Virus record (IMG/VR): IMGVR_UViG_3300020473_000010
Span: 224,698-288,697 of that record
DNA length: 64,000 nucleotides
Direction: 5' to 3' (one strand)
Below the pieces are notes generated by a model. The model was not told the origin of the DNA, did not search any database, and saw nothing but the letters and a program-made list of their open reading frames with translations. Of the stretch, positions 9,920 to 19,086 are shown one piece after another. Each line of letters begins with the position of its first letter. Positions within the stretch are counted from its first letter, which is position 1. The position numbers and the translations under genes are program-made.

Positions 9920-11410
9920 TTATTCTCCAAAAATTCTAGTTGATTTTAATTGAGGTATTTCTGATTTTCTAGAAGCGATTGCAGTTTTTAATGAAGCGGC
10001 CGCTTCTAGAATTTGTGGGGATGGGGCGCCGTACCCAGGTGTAATATGGGTATTCAAAGTGGTTGCAAAAGCATCTAAATCAGACAATATCGCTTTAAAT
10101 AAATCTTCTAATTGTTGATAAAGCACATAAGGTTGGGCTCCATTTTCTCCTGGTCCTCCACCTGCTCCAGAATCCGAGGTTGTTCTTCCTAAATAAATTT
10201 GGTTTCCGGCAATACTAATATTTCCCGATGGTTCTAGAAATATTGAAGCAGCATCATCTTTTGCTGATCCTTCTTTTAATATTCGTATACTTCCGTTAAT
10301 TGATTCTTCATCATCTTTTCGAGAGACTATACGTATATGATCAGACTTTATTACAATTGCTGCTTGATCTTCTATATTATCATATTTCCCTGTGAACGGG
10401 GAGGGGAATGATTCATTTAAAGAAAACTCTTTTTCAGGGGAGGATTTAGATGAAATATAAATCCTTGAAGCATCTTTATAGAAATCCGGGTCTCCTTCGT
10501 GAGGGTTTTGAGCAATGTTGTTTATCTGTCCATTTTTGTCTGCTTCTTGTTTTCCTAATTCGTTTTCTATTACGGATGGAGCTGTCCTATTAGGAGAAGA
10601 ACCAGCCATTGCCGCAGTTGTTGCTGACGGTAAATCTCTAGCACGACCGGCTACTAAATCTATAGACCCGGAAAAGTCCAAGGGCTCTTCTTCAGCGTTT
10701 GTTGTAGAAAAAGAAGTATCAGATTTTGTCCACCCGCGGGCTTCTCCTAAGATTATTGCAGTGTTGTTTGATCCTTGAAGCACTAGATCACCCGGGCGCT
10801 TTGTTAAAGCAGGAACAGGTTCCATTCTAAAATTATTGGATTTACTATTTTCTATTATTGATTGATATGTTTCATCTTCTTTTAATGATTTACCAGAATC
10901 TGTTTCACTACTATCATTAAAAGAAGGAATAACAGGGCCAGTCATTCCAAGTTCAGATTTTTCTTTAGCATTTAACTCAGTAGGTGCAAGGAATTTTCTA
11001 TCAGAATGGGTATAATTCACATCTTCTGAAATAGAATTTCCTGGTATTCGAGCTAACCAATAATAAATGTCTTCGTTTTCTTTAATAAGCCAAACATGTT
11101 CTCCAACCTTAATAGGGAGTTGTAAATGCTGAGGAAACAGTGGTGGACAAACAAGCATTTGACTTTTCCCATCTTCTACCAAGGTAACAAACAGAGTATT
11201 TCTTGACATATTTTGAAGATGGGATGGGTTTCTTACTTCTTCTCCAAAGGAGCTCGAGTCAAATGTTAATGGATTATATATAACTTCCCGTACAATTCCC
11301 CGAGTGAGAACTCCAGAAAGTTGCGAATCTTGGGCACTTTTTGATGCTGCGGCTCTTTGTGCTTGTCCTCGTTGTGACGATGGAATTGCAGATGCATCAA
11401 TTGAAGACAT
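9920..11410 (-). CDS. Baseplate hub/central spike protein, gp5-like
   Basis: OB-fold-like N-terminus (PLFP...LPIKVGEHVWLI...YYW), PGDLVLQGSNNTAIILG, IVIKSDHIRI, C-terminal H-x-T-P-G-x-G-x-P motif; upstream of gp25. Confidence 0.65.
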   Translation of the reverse strand: MSSIDASAIPSSQRGQAQRAAASKSAQDSQLSGVLTRGIVREVIYNPLTFDSSSFGEEVRNPSHLQNMSRNTLFVTLVEDGKSQMLVCPPLFPQHLQLPIKVGEHVWLIKENEDIYYWLARIPGNSISEDVNYTHSDRKFLAPTELNAKEKSELGMTGPVIPSFNDSSETDSGKSLKEDETYQSIIENSKSNNFRMEPVPALTKRPGDLVLQGSNNTAIILGEARGWTKSDTSFSTTNAEEEPLDFSGSIDLVAGRARDLPSATTAAMAGSSPNRTAPSVIENELGKQEADKNGQINNIAQNPHEGDPDFYKDASRIYISSKSSPEKEFSLNESFPSPFTGKYDNIEDQAAIVIKSDHIRIVSRKDDEESINGSIRILKEGSAKDDAASIFLEPSGNISIAGNQIYLGRTTSDSGAGGGPGENGAQPYVLYQQLEDLFKAILSDLDAFATTLNTHITPGYGAPSPQILEAAASLKTAIASRKSEIPQLKSTRIFGE

Positions 11411-11767
11411 TTACTTCTCCGATATTTGACTAAATAAGTCATCGGGATCTAATTTGGAATTTTTTTCTTCTTCAGATGCAATAAGATCGGCCAATTTTAT
11501 TAATTGGTCATTAGCTTTATTCATTCTTTCCAAGTATTTTGCCATAATAGAACCGAGTTGTACATGATCTGAAATACCTGCTGACATAGTTGTATATACA
11601 TCGGTAAACATCATATATGCATTCATGCGATCAACGACTGCATTTTCATAGATCTCTTTCCACAGGTATTTCTTTTTCCCTTCTAAATTTTCTATAGAAT
11701 TAAGCAATTCACCAAAGCTGTTAATTTTTTCTTTTAACTCTTCAGGGGACGTTGTTTTATTATTCAT
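11411..11767 (-). CDS. Hypothetical helical protein
   Basis: 118-aa ORF coupled (ATGA) to the sigma gene. Confidence 0.6.
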   Translation of the reverse strand: MNNKTTSPEELKEKINSFGELLNSIENLEGKKKYLWKEIYENAVVDRMNAYMMFTDVYTTMSAGISDHVQLGSIMAKYLERMNKANDQLIKLADLIASEEEKNSKLDPDDLFSQISEK

Positions 11768-12489
11768 AATATATCAAACTCCTTATCTGGGCCGGCTATT
11801 TCTCTATATAGCTTTCTAATATTACTCATACAAACTGATAATTGTTTTGAATTTAGCCCACTTAATTCTCTTACATAAACAAATATTGCTCTTTTGTTTA
11901 AAAAATCTAAATCTTCAACGGTTTCGAAGATTGTTATAATTGCATCCATGCACCTTATTTCTGAGTCTGATCTTACCCTAGAGCGCATTACTTTTAACAT
12001 GTTATGAATTGTTTGCAAATTTTGGGCCTCTATAAGGTCTTGTGATGGGGACGGGACTGTATTTCCAGTAGAAGCTAAGACTGCTTCAGCATTCAAATTA
12101 GACGAATCATCATCTATGAATACCATTCTATCTTTATGTTTTTTTACTTTTCTACTTTGGATAATTAGCCAATTTTTTGCAACAACATTAAAATAGGAAA
12201 ATGCATTTTTTCCGCGGGTATGATCGAACTTATGAAGGGTTTCATATAAATTGATTACACAAGAGTGTTTTAAGCCTGGAACATCTGCGTGTTGTTTATG
12301 AAAACCATAAATAAATATTAAATTTTCAGCAAGTTTATCTAAAGCTGGTTCAATTTCTGTTTTATATAGTTTGTTTCTTAATTCTTGACAGTCTGATTCA
12401 CAAAAATCATGGATTGCCTGTTGGGTTGCCTTGGTGAAATATGGAGCACGACCCGAACGTGGTCTTTTTATTTTTTTACGGCCTTTCAT
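11764..12489 (-). CDS. Phage late-transcription sigma factor, T4 gp55-like
   Basis: PYFT...AI..F...KLAENLIF...KFDHTRGKNAFSYFNVVAKNWLI matches sigma region 2 of gp55-type factors; helical C-terminus. Confidence 0.75.
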   Translation of the reverse strand: MKGRKKIKRPRSGRAPYFTKATQQAIHDFCESDCQELRNKLYKTEIEPALDKLAENLIFIYGFHKQHADVPGLKHSCVINLYETLHKFDHTRGKNAFSYFNVVAKNWLIIQSRKVKKHKDRMVFIDDDSSNLNAEAVLASTGNTVPSPSQDLIEAQNLQTIHNMLKVMRSRVRSDSEIRCMDAIITIFETVEDLDFLNKRAIFVYVRELSGLNSKQLSVCMSNIRKLYREIAGPDKEFDIL

Positions 12490-12775
12490 CTATTTGGTTC
12501 TCCTCGTTTTCTATTTTTGCAATTTCGTTTGCGACTCTGAGAATTGAATCTCTTGAATCCTTAATGTCATTTATAACTTGCCTAATTTGTGGAGAATCAT
12601 AAAATATTGGGATTTCTAAAATTTTTGATACACTAGAATAGCGATCATCTAGAATATCTAAACTTGTTTCTAATGAATCTGTAATTTTTAATATTATATT
12701 TGCAAATTTATAATTATAATATAACGAAACTATTAACGCTATAGAAATTATCGCTAATAACCAATTTATTATCAT
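12476..12775 (-). CDS. Small membrane-anchored protein
   Basis: N-terminal hydrophobic helix followed by coiled-coil. Confidence 0.6.
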   Translation of the reverse strand: MIINWLLAIISIALIVSLYYNYKFANIILKITDSLETSLDILDDRYSSVSKILEIPIFYDSPQIRQVINDIKDSRDSILRVANEIAKIENEENQIDERP

Positions 12776-13923
12776 GTATGATCTCTTAAAAATTTATCGT
12801 ATAATTCTGATATAGCTTCCTGGGAATATTTTTGCCTTATTACTTTTCCTAATTTACTAGACCAGGTTTCCGGGATGGATGTTCCTTTTTTATAAAATTT
12901 ATAAATCCTTTCGGATAAATGCCTAAAATCAATCTCTGCCCAAGAGGAACCTTGGATCCAGATATTGTTATCAACTCTTGAATCTGGTATATTTTTTAAA
13001 TTATATGAAACGGACAACCATTTACCTTTGTTTAAAAACTCGCAATGAGCTGACCAGTTAGTCGCAATAACTGGCAAATTACAAGCTGCGGCTTCTAGCA
13101 TGGGGAGACCAAACCCTTCTCCTCTTGTACCGGAAAGTAATGCTTTAACTTTTTTGTTTTTATATAATCCCGAGATTTCACTCTCCGATAAGGCACCGTG
13201 AATTAAATATACTTTTGGATATTGACCGTCTCTTACTTGGTTAATTAAATTAGATAAATTTCTTCTAGTAATCCTCCTATCAATGGCGCAATTTCTTCCG
13301 GAATTTGTTTTTATTATTAAACCAACTTCTTTGTTGTCTTTAAAAGTATTACAGAAAGTTGCTATTGTATTATACGTATTTTTCCTGTCATCTTCCTGAG
13401 ATCCAGTTAATTGTCCTAAAAGTAAAAAATTAAAATCTGTTTTAATTTCCGGCATAGAAAAATCATTATCGTTTAAGCACTCTGAAATAAAACTTTCCGG
13501 AATAACTGAAATATTTTCAGATTCGGCACCTGAATTAACTAATACTTTTTTCGAAAATTCAGATGGAACGATAACATGATCCATGTTTTTGCAATTTTCT
13601 ATCCATCCTGGATTGCATTTTGTTGCTTCTACTACAGCCGTGACTCCAAAATTCCGCTCTGCAAGATTAGGATCCCACTCATTTGGTAGTTGGATTTGAA
13701 AAGAAATATTTGGTTTAATAATTGGAGGAGCTGATCTTTCCATTATTTCTCCAATTAGGCCATTTAGGTCATCCGGGTTGCAATACCACGGAGTAATTCC
13801 CCATGGGGTAACTGAAACTGAAATCAAATATTTTTTTTCTAATGCCCATTTAAAAATCTGTCTGGCATGTACACCATAGCCAGACTGAGTTAAAAGCGGG
13901 CCTCGGATATGAATATGTTTCAT
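12772..13923 (-). CDS. Glycosyltransferase family 4 (GT-B)
   Basis: SGYGVHAR, IVPSEFSK, DRKN, TRGEGFGLPMLEAAACNLPVIATNWSAH. Confidence 0.9.
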   Translation of the reverse strand: MKHIHIRGPLLTQSGYGVHARQIFKWALEKKYLISVSVTPWGITPWYCNPDDLNGLIGEIMERSAPPIIKPNISFQIQLPNEWDPNLAERNFGVTAVVEATKCNPGWIENCKNMDHVIVPSEFSKKVLVNSGAESENISVIPESFISECLNDNDFSMPEIKTDFNFLLLGQLTGSQEDDRKNTYNTIATFCNTFKDNKEVGLIIKTNSGRNCAIDRRITRRNLSNLINQVRDGQYPKVYLIHGALSESEISGLYKNKKVKALLSGTRGEGFGLPMLEAAACNLPVIATNWSAHCEFLNKGKWLSVSYNLKNIPDSRVDNNIWIQGSSWAEIDFRHLSERIYKFYKKGTSIPETWSSKLGKVIRQKYSQEAISELYDKFLRDHT

Positions 13924-15176
13924 TATATTTCCTCTATTGAGATACGCTTATATTTAGTTTTCCAAGATTCCAAAGTTTCTAACATGGTATTATGCCATGC
14001 ATCAACTGTGTTTTGGTGGTTAAATTCAGATTCAACATAATTTTTTGCCTTTTGACCTAAGGCTTTTCGGCCTTCGGCGCCCAGTTTATACATATCCCAA
14101 ATTTTTTCGCTAATGGTTTCAACCGATGTATAATCTTCATAAATGTATGGAACATTTTGAGAACCAACTAAAGTTTTTAGTTCTATTGGAAGAGCAAAAC
14201 CATTTTCAGTATTATCTCTATGGTCAATAACCTGCCTTGTTTGTCCTCCAGTTTTTGGTGCGATTATGGGAGTTCCTACTTGCATAGCTTCCAATGTGGA
14301 TAAACCGAACCCTTCTGCGTAACTTATATTAATTGTAAAATCAGCAATATTATGCAATGTATTAACTACATCGAAACCTATTCTTTTATTGGAGAACACA
14401 ACATTGTCAATTAACCCAAGCATTTCTATCATAGAAAACAAATTTGGGCCTTCTTTATCTAATGGGTCAGTATGCATTAATAAAGTGGCGTTTTTGTGAC
14501 CTTCTTCTTTTTCTAATCTTTCTAGAAAGATCTTCCAAGCCCACAATAAATCGCCCGGGCGCTTTCTTCTTGCGTTTCTATTGATCCAAAACCCTAAAAA
14601 ATGATCTTTGCGATCGGGTCCTAGAATATTTAATTTTTCTGTTTTAATTTTATCTTCTGATAATTGGAAAAATGTTTTGCCAGGAAGGCTATGGGGAATA
14701 AATTTTGTTTTTTCTGGGTAGTGTTTTACTACTTGTTCGTATGTATGGTAAGAATGACAATTAATTAGGTCTACAGAATCATAGTAACCATTATTAAATT
14801 CCGGGTAAGGGGCATTATCCCAAACATGCCAATATACGATTGGACATATTTGATGGATTTCATCTTCCATTTCAAAAATATGAATATAAAATCTTGGATC
14901 AGTGAAAAGGAAAATGATATCTGGTTTTTCTGTTGCTAAAACAACACGAATCATTTCTCTTGTTCCAAATCCATCAATTGGCTTTATAATAAAATCATCA
15001 TTTACTTTTGCGACGGTATAGTCGTCATGCTTCATAGCGGCGCCAAGTTGGCGCACTGTCCAACAGCCTTTTTCAATTAAACCGTTTATTAAATGTCTAG
15101 ACTGTACTCCAACACCGCTGGTGCTTAGAGCGTGGTCGGAAATCATCACAATCTTCTTTTTACCATCCGTTTCCAC
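13923..15176 (-). CDS. Glycosyltransferase family 4 (GT-B)
   Basis: NRNARRKRPG, SYAEGFGLSTLEAMQVGTPIIA. Confidence 0.9.
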   Translation of the reverse strand: METDGKKKIVMISDHALSTSGVGVQSRHLINGLIEKGCWTVRQLGAAMKHDDYTVAKVNDDFIIKPIDGFGTREMIRVVLATEKPDIIFLFTDPRFYIHIFEMEDEIHQICPIVYWHVWDNAPYPEFNNGYYDSVDLINCHSYHTYEQVVKHYPEKTKFIPHSLPGKTFFQLSEDKIKTEKLNILGPDRKDHFLGFWINRNARRKRPGDLLWAWKIFLERLEKEEGHKNATLLMHTDPLDKEGPNLFSMIEMLGLIDNVVFSNKRIGFDVVNTLHNIADFTINISYAEGFGLSTLEAMQVGTPIIAPKTGGQTRQVIDHRDNTENGFALPIELKTLVGSQNVPYIYEDYTSVETISEKIWDMYKLGAEGRKALGQKAKNYVESEFNHQNTVDAWHNTMLETLESWKTKYKRISIEEI

Positions 15177-16023
15177 TACAATGCTCCGTATTTTTAAATG
15201 AACAGAATTTACAACTGTTATAATTTTTTAAAGTAAATCCCTTTTTTACGTTTTTAATCATGCTTTCAACTAATTTGTCGGTTTTTTCAAGAAATTTTGG
15301 CCCAGTAGAAACTTTAAAGATTTCACATGTAGAACCTAAAGGAGCTCCGCGTTTTAAGAAAACGAAAGCTGTTTTGATATCTTTTAAGTCAACCTGAGAT
15401 TTTTCAGACCAATATTTTTTGTAGAGCCCAACCTGAGCCAAGGATGAAAATTCTTTTTTCTTTTGATAATACCATCCATTTTTACCGGTAGTTTTCCAAT
15501 CTAAAATCCAAAAGTTTACTTTGTTTGAAGTTTTGGATTTTGGCGTCATTATAACGCAATCTATAAATCCTTTAAATTTTAAATCGAAATTATTTATAGG
15601 CTGATATAAATCGTCTTCTGCTTTTAAAATTTCCCAACCTGGAAATGTTTCATCCATGAACTTTGGAAAGTCTGATAAAATATTTTTAGAAGATTGGATC
15701 CAATCATTTAAATACTCGTGGGTATATTTAGATCCAATTGTAGCTCTTGATTCTGTAATTTTCTTAATATATTCGTGTGAATCGTATTGTTTAAGTTGCC
15801 ACCTTTGAGTAATTTTTTTTCCTACATTTTCAATTGAAATATCATTTCCGTTTAAATATTTCTCTATTTCTTCATGGATGATTGTTCCAAAATCAGCGTA
15901 TGGATTATCTTCATATGTTTCTATTTTGTCAACATACATTAGCTTATGCCTATATGAACACTCTTTCCAGGCTTTTAGTTCGGAATAAGATATATGCGGT
16001 TTACCGGTTGGAAAATTACTCAT
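15160..16023 (-). CDS. PD-(D/E)XK nuclease, Cas4/RecB-like, with Fe-S cysteines
   Basis: ISYSEL..WKEC, FGT.IH, FKGFID, ILDWKTT, Q..LY, C-terminal CKFCSFKNTEHC. Confidence 0.85.
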   Translation of the reverse strand: MSNFPTGKPHISYSELKAWKECSYRHKLMYVDKIETYEDNPYADFGTIIHEEIEKYLNGNDISIENVGKKITQRWQLKQYDSHEYIKKITESRATIGSKYTHEYLNDWIQSSKNILSDFPKFMDETFPGWEILKAEDDLYQPINNFDLKFKGFIDCVIMTPKSKTSNKVNFWILDWKTTGKNGWYYQKKKEFSSLAQVGLYKKYWSEKSQVDLKDIKTAFVFLKRGAPLGSTCEIFKVSTGPKFLEKTDKLVESMIKNVKKGFTLKNYNSCKFCSFKNTEHCSGNGW

Positions 16024-16069
16024 TTTTTGTATACCTCTCTAAATAAAGATACTCCTAAGTTTAAAGAAG

Positions 16070-17092
16070 TTAAATTTCGTTTTTTGTATAGACAGAAGGA
16101 TCAATATTATGGTATTTTCCTCTGGCAATTTTGGTTTGAATATCTAGATCGCTTTGATACATGTCTTTAACCAAATCTTTAATATCGTATTTTGGATACC
16201 ATTTTAATTTAGTTTTGGCTTTTTCAGGATTACCTAAAAGCAAAGGGACTTCATGAGGCCTAAATAGTCTTTTATCTTGCTTTACATATTTTTCAATTGA
16301 TAAGCCAGCGTGTTGGAAAACTAATTCTAAAAATGTTTTCACAGAATAGGTTTTTCCAGTTGCTAAAACATAATCATCCGGGGTATCTTGCTGAAGCATT
16401 AACCACATTCCCTGAACATAATCTTGAGCATGACCCCAATCCCGTTTTGCTTCGAGGTTTCCTAGATACAATTCTTTTTGAAGCCCTAGTTTTATTCTTG
16501 CTGCTGCAATAGTGATCTTTCTAGTTACAAATGTTTCTCCGCGGCGGGGCGACTCATGATTAAACAAGATTCCGGAACAAGCAAAAAGATTATATGCTTC
16601 TCGATAATGCCTAATCATATTATGGCAAAATAGCTTTGCACATGCGTAAGGAGATGCCGGCATAAATTTTGTATTTTCATCTTGTGGGTATACAGGGTTG
16701 TCACCATACATTTCTGAGCTTGAAGCTTGATAAAATTTAGCTTTTGGACAACAGATTCTCCAAGCTTCAAGTAATTTTAGTGTTCCCATAGCAATAGAAT
16801 CTACAGTTTCAACAGGGACTTCAAAACTAACCCTAACATGGCTTTGTGCTGCTAAGTTATATATTTCATCTGGTTTATATTTTAAAAGAAGTCGATGCAT
16901 CCAAGTAGAATCATGCATAGAACCATAATGTAAAATAAAATTAGAATCCTCAAATAGTCTATCGATTCGATCAGTTGAAATAATGCTTGTTCTTCGCTTT
17001 ATTCCTATAACTTTGTATCCTTTAGAAATTAGCAAATCTGCTAAATAACTTCCGTCTTGACCAGTGATCCCTGTAATTAATGCTGTTTTCAT
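16070..17092 (-). CDS. gmd: GDP-mannose 4,6-dehydratase
   Basis: ALITGITGQDGSYLA, YNLAAQSHVRVSF, YQASSSEMYG, SPYACAK, FNHESPRRGETFVTRKI. Confidence 0.97.
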   Translation of the reverse strand: MKTALITGITGQDGSYLADLLISKGYKVIGIKRRTSIISTDRIDRLFEDSNFILHYGSMHDSTWMHRLLLKYKPDEIYNLAAQSHVRVSFEVPVETVDSIAMGTLKLLEAWRICCPKAKFYQASSSEMYGDNPVYPQDENTKFMPASPYACAKLFCHNMIRHYREAYNLFACSGILFNHESPRRGETFVTRKITIAAARIKLGLQKELYLGNLEAKRDWGHAQDYVQGMWLMLQQDTPDDYVLATGKTYSVKTFLELVFQHAGLSIEKYVKQDKRLFRPHEVPLLLGNPEKAKTKLKWYPKYDIKDLVKDMYQSDLDIQTKIARGKYHNIDPSVYTKNEI

Positions 17093-17136
17093 ATTTTATT
17101 TGTAGTGAAAGGTTTGTTGAAGTTTTGCCAATTCTA

Positions 17137-17165
17137 ATTTTATCTAGTCTATACCATTTGTACAA
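17137..17165 (-). promoter_or_regulatory. Sigma70-like promoter TTGTAC-N17-TAAAAT upstream of gmd
   Basis: Exact 17-nt spacing, intergenic; member of a family with about 10 copies in the window. Confidence 0.6.
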
Positions 17166-17167
17166 GA

Positions 17168-18316
17168 TTATAAAATATCTAAAATTGCTTGACATATGAA
17201 TTTAATGTCCGAAGGCTTAAGTTTTTGATGACAAGGAAGGTAAAGTCCAAAATCATGAACCTTATCAGCATTAGGCAGGCTACTGAAAGAACCATATTTT
17301 TCTATCCAAAATGGATGGCGAGCTATAGATCCGCAAATTAAAGGTCGGCATTCAACATTTAATCGATTTAGTTCTTTGACAATTTGCTCTTTCTTTTTAT
17401 GTATTAGGCCGAACGCCAAAGGGGATGGATTACAACCGGTTGATTTCTGGGTCCACACGTGGTTATCTAGATAGTCTTGGTATATTTTTAGGTTTTCTCT
17501 TCTTTTTTCAATATTTTTCGAAAGGTTATTTAATTGACGGATGCCTAAAAATGCATTTAAATCTGTTGACCTTATATTAAAACCCGGTTTGATAAAGAAG
17601 TATAAAGAATTAAAATCATCTATGTTGTATTTCTCCGCATATTGTTTCTGAGAATTTGGGTCTAAATCACGTACCCAGCCATGAGAACGTAATATTAGGC
17701 ACAAATCTCTAATTTCGGGATCATTTGTACATACCATTCCACCTTCAATAGTTGACATATGATGCCCATAATAATAACTAAAGGAAGACATTAATCCATA
17801 TGTACCTACTTTTTGATCCTGATAGGTGGCACCATGGGCTTCACAACAGTCCTCTAGCAGTATTACATTGTTATCTTTACAAATCTCGAGAATGGCTGAC
17901 ATATTGTTGGCCCATCCTAAAACATGAACCAATATCACAGCTGCCGGACGATGTTCTTGGACTAGAGAAGAAAAATGGTGAATATTTAATCCCAAATCAT
18001 TAGGGTCACAATCGCAAAGTATAGGTTCGTATCCAAGCTGAATAAAAGGTGCAACAGTTGTTGCCCAACTTACGGCTGGTACTATTATTTTTTTATTCTT
18101 TAACCTCCCGGATTCAAGCAAGGCTGAAGCCATTAATAAATTAGCGCTGGAACCGGAATTAACAAAACAAGAATATAAAACGTTTTGCCATTGCGACCAA
18201 TTTTTTTCAAATTCTTGAGTAAGATGTCCTTTAGTCAGTTTCGGATCTTGGTATAGCCACTCTATTAATGCCATTCGGTCTTTTGTGCCAATTGTATCAT
18301 CAACTAGTTTTATCAT
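17168..18316 (-). CDS. GDP-4-keto-6-deoxymannose 3-dehydratase (ColD-like, PLP-dependent DegT family with active-site His)
   Basis: FVNSGSSANLL, PAVSWATT, EDCCEAHGA. SFSYYYGHHMSTIEGG carries His where DegT aminotransferases have the Schiff-base Lys. Start reassigned to 18316 (ATGA overlap). Confidence 0.8.
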   Translation of the reverse strand: MIKLVDDTIGTKDRMALIEWLYQDPKLTKGHLTQEFEKNWSQWQNVLYSCFVNSGSSANLLMASALLESGRLKNKKIIVPAVSWATTVAPFIQLGYEPILCDCDPNDLGLNIHHFSSLVQEHRPAAVILVHVLGWANNMSAILEICKDNNVILLEDCCEAHGATYQDQKVGTYGLMSSFSYYYGHHMSTIEGGMVCTNDPEIRDLCLILRSHGWVRDLDPNSQKQYAEKYNIDDFNSLYFFIKPGFNIRSTDLNAFLGIRQLNNLSKNIEKRRENLKIYQDYLDNHVWTQKSTGCNPSPLAFGLIHKKKEQIVKELNRLNVECRPLICGSIARHPFWIEKYGSFSSLPNADKVHDFGLYLPCHQKLKPSDIKFICQAILDIL

Positions 18317-19086
18317 ACTCTCTCCCATCGGTCCGGAATTACATCTTGATCTGGTGTATCGTTTGCAAACCAAATTTTTGGAGCTATAATTTTACTATTA
18401 GATTCCTCTCCAAGCCAAGCTGCCCACCAAGAAAAAGACGAATTAGCAATGATTTTGTTTTTAAACGAAGTCATGAAATAAAGATCTAAAACATCACTAA
18501 TAGAATTCATATATAAGTGGTTATTCCCAAAATGCTCTCGGCACCATTGGACATCATCGCTAAAAAACACAAATTTAGCATTATTGAATTTCCGCATCGC
18601 CAAATCGTAATAATTCGAATCTTCAGCTAAATTTTTATGTATGTCAGCCAATTTAATATAGTCGCCTCTTCTAACATGAACAGCAACCATATTTTCTTCG
18701 AGTTGAAAATTTCCATAGTAATAATTTAATTGCGATTTTACCCAATTAGTGGGGGCAAATAAATTTTTTATTTTTTCAGCATTATGAGCAAAATGTTTTT
18801 CAGATTGAAAGTATCCTTGTAAAAACATATTTTCGGAATATGGAATTTTGTGATAGTTAAAATTGGGTTCAATATATAGTTTTCTTGCCCAACTTAATTC
18901 ATTCATATATTTTATTTTTGAAAATACAGATGAAGCATATAATGTTCTTTCTTCATGAGAAGGACATGCTCCAATGACATTCAAGGGAAACACTGCTATA
19001 TCGGCATTGTCGATTGCTAAAGATTCTACAGTAGCAATAATAAACATTTGATTACCTAACCGACCTCTTATTTCCGCAGATATCAT
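18313..19086 (-). CDS. Glycosyltransferase family 11 (alpha-1,2-fucosyl/colitosyltransferase)
   Basis: GRLGNQMF, GYFQSEK, VHVRRGDY, FSDD..WC, IIANSSFSWWAAWL; start reassigned to 19086. Confidence 0.92.
   Translation of the reverse strand: MISAEIRGRLGNQMFIIATVESLAIDNADIAVFPLNVIGACPSHEERTLYASSVFSKIKYMNELSWARKLYIEPNFNYHKIPYSENMFLQGYFQSEKHFAHNAEKIKNLFAPTNWVKSQLNYYYGNFQLEENMVAVHVRRGDYIKLADIHKNLAEDSNYYDLAMRKFNNAKFVFFSDDVQWCREHFGNNHLYMNSISDVLDLYFMTSFKNKIIANSSFSWWAAWLGEESNSKIIAPKIWFANDTPDQDVIPDRWERV

Noticed and set aside
1835-11410. eCIS, T6SS or tailocin in a bacterial chromosome
   Set aside because: The context is phage-like throughout (gp55-like sigma, dense small ORFans, no housekeeping operons, T4-like gp6).
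15160-16023. Cas4-like nuclease as evidence of a CRISPR-Cas system
   Set aside because: No repeat-spacer array or other cas genes were seen; solo Cas4/RecB-like nucleases are common in phages.
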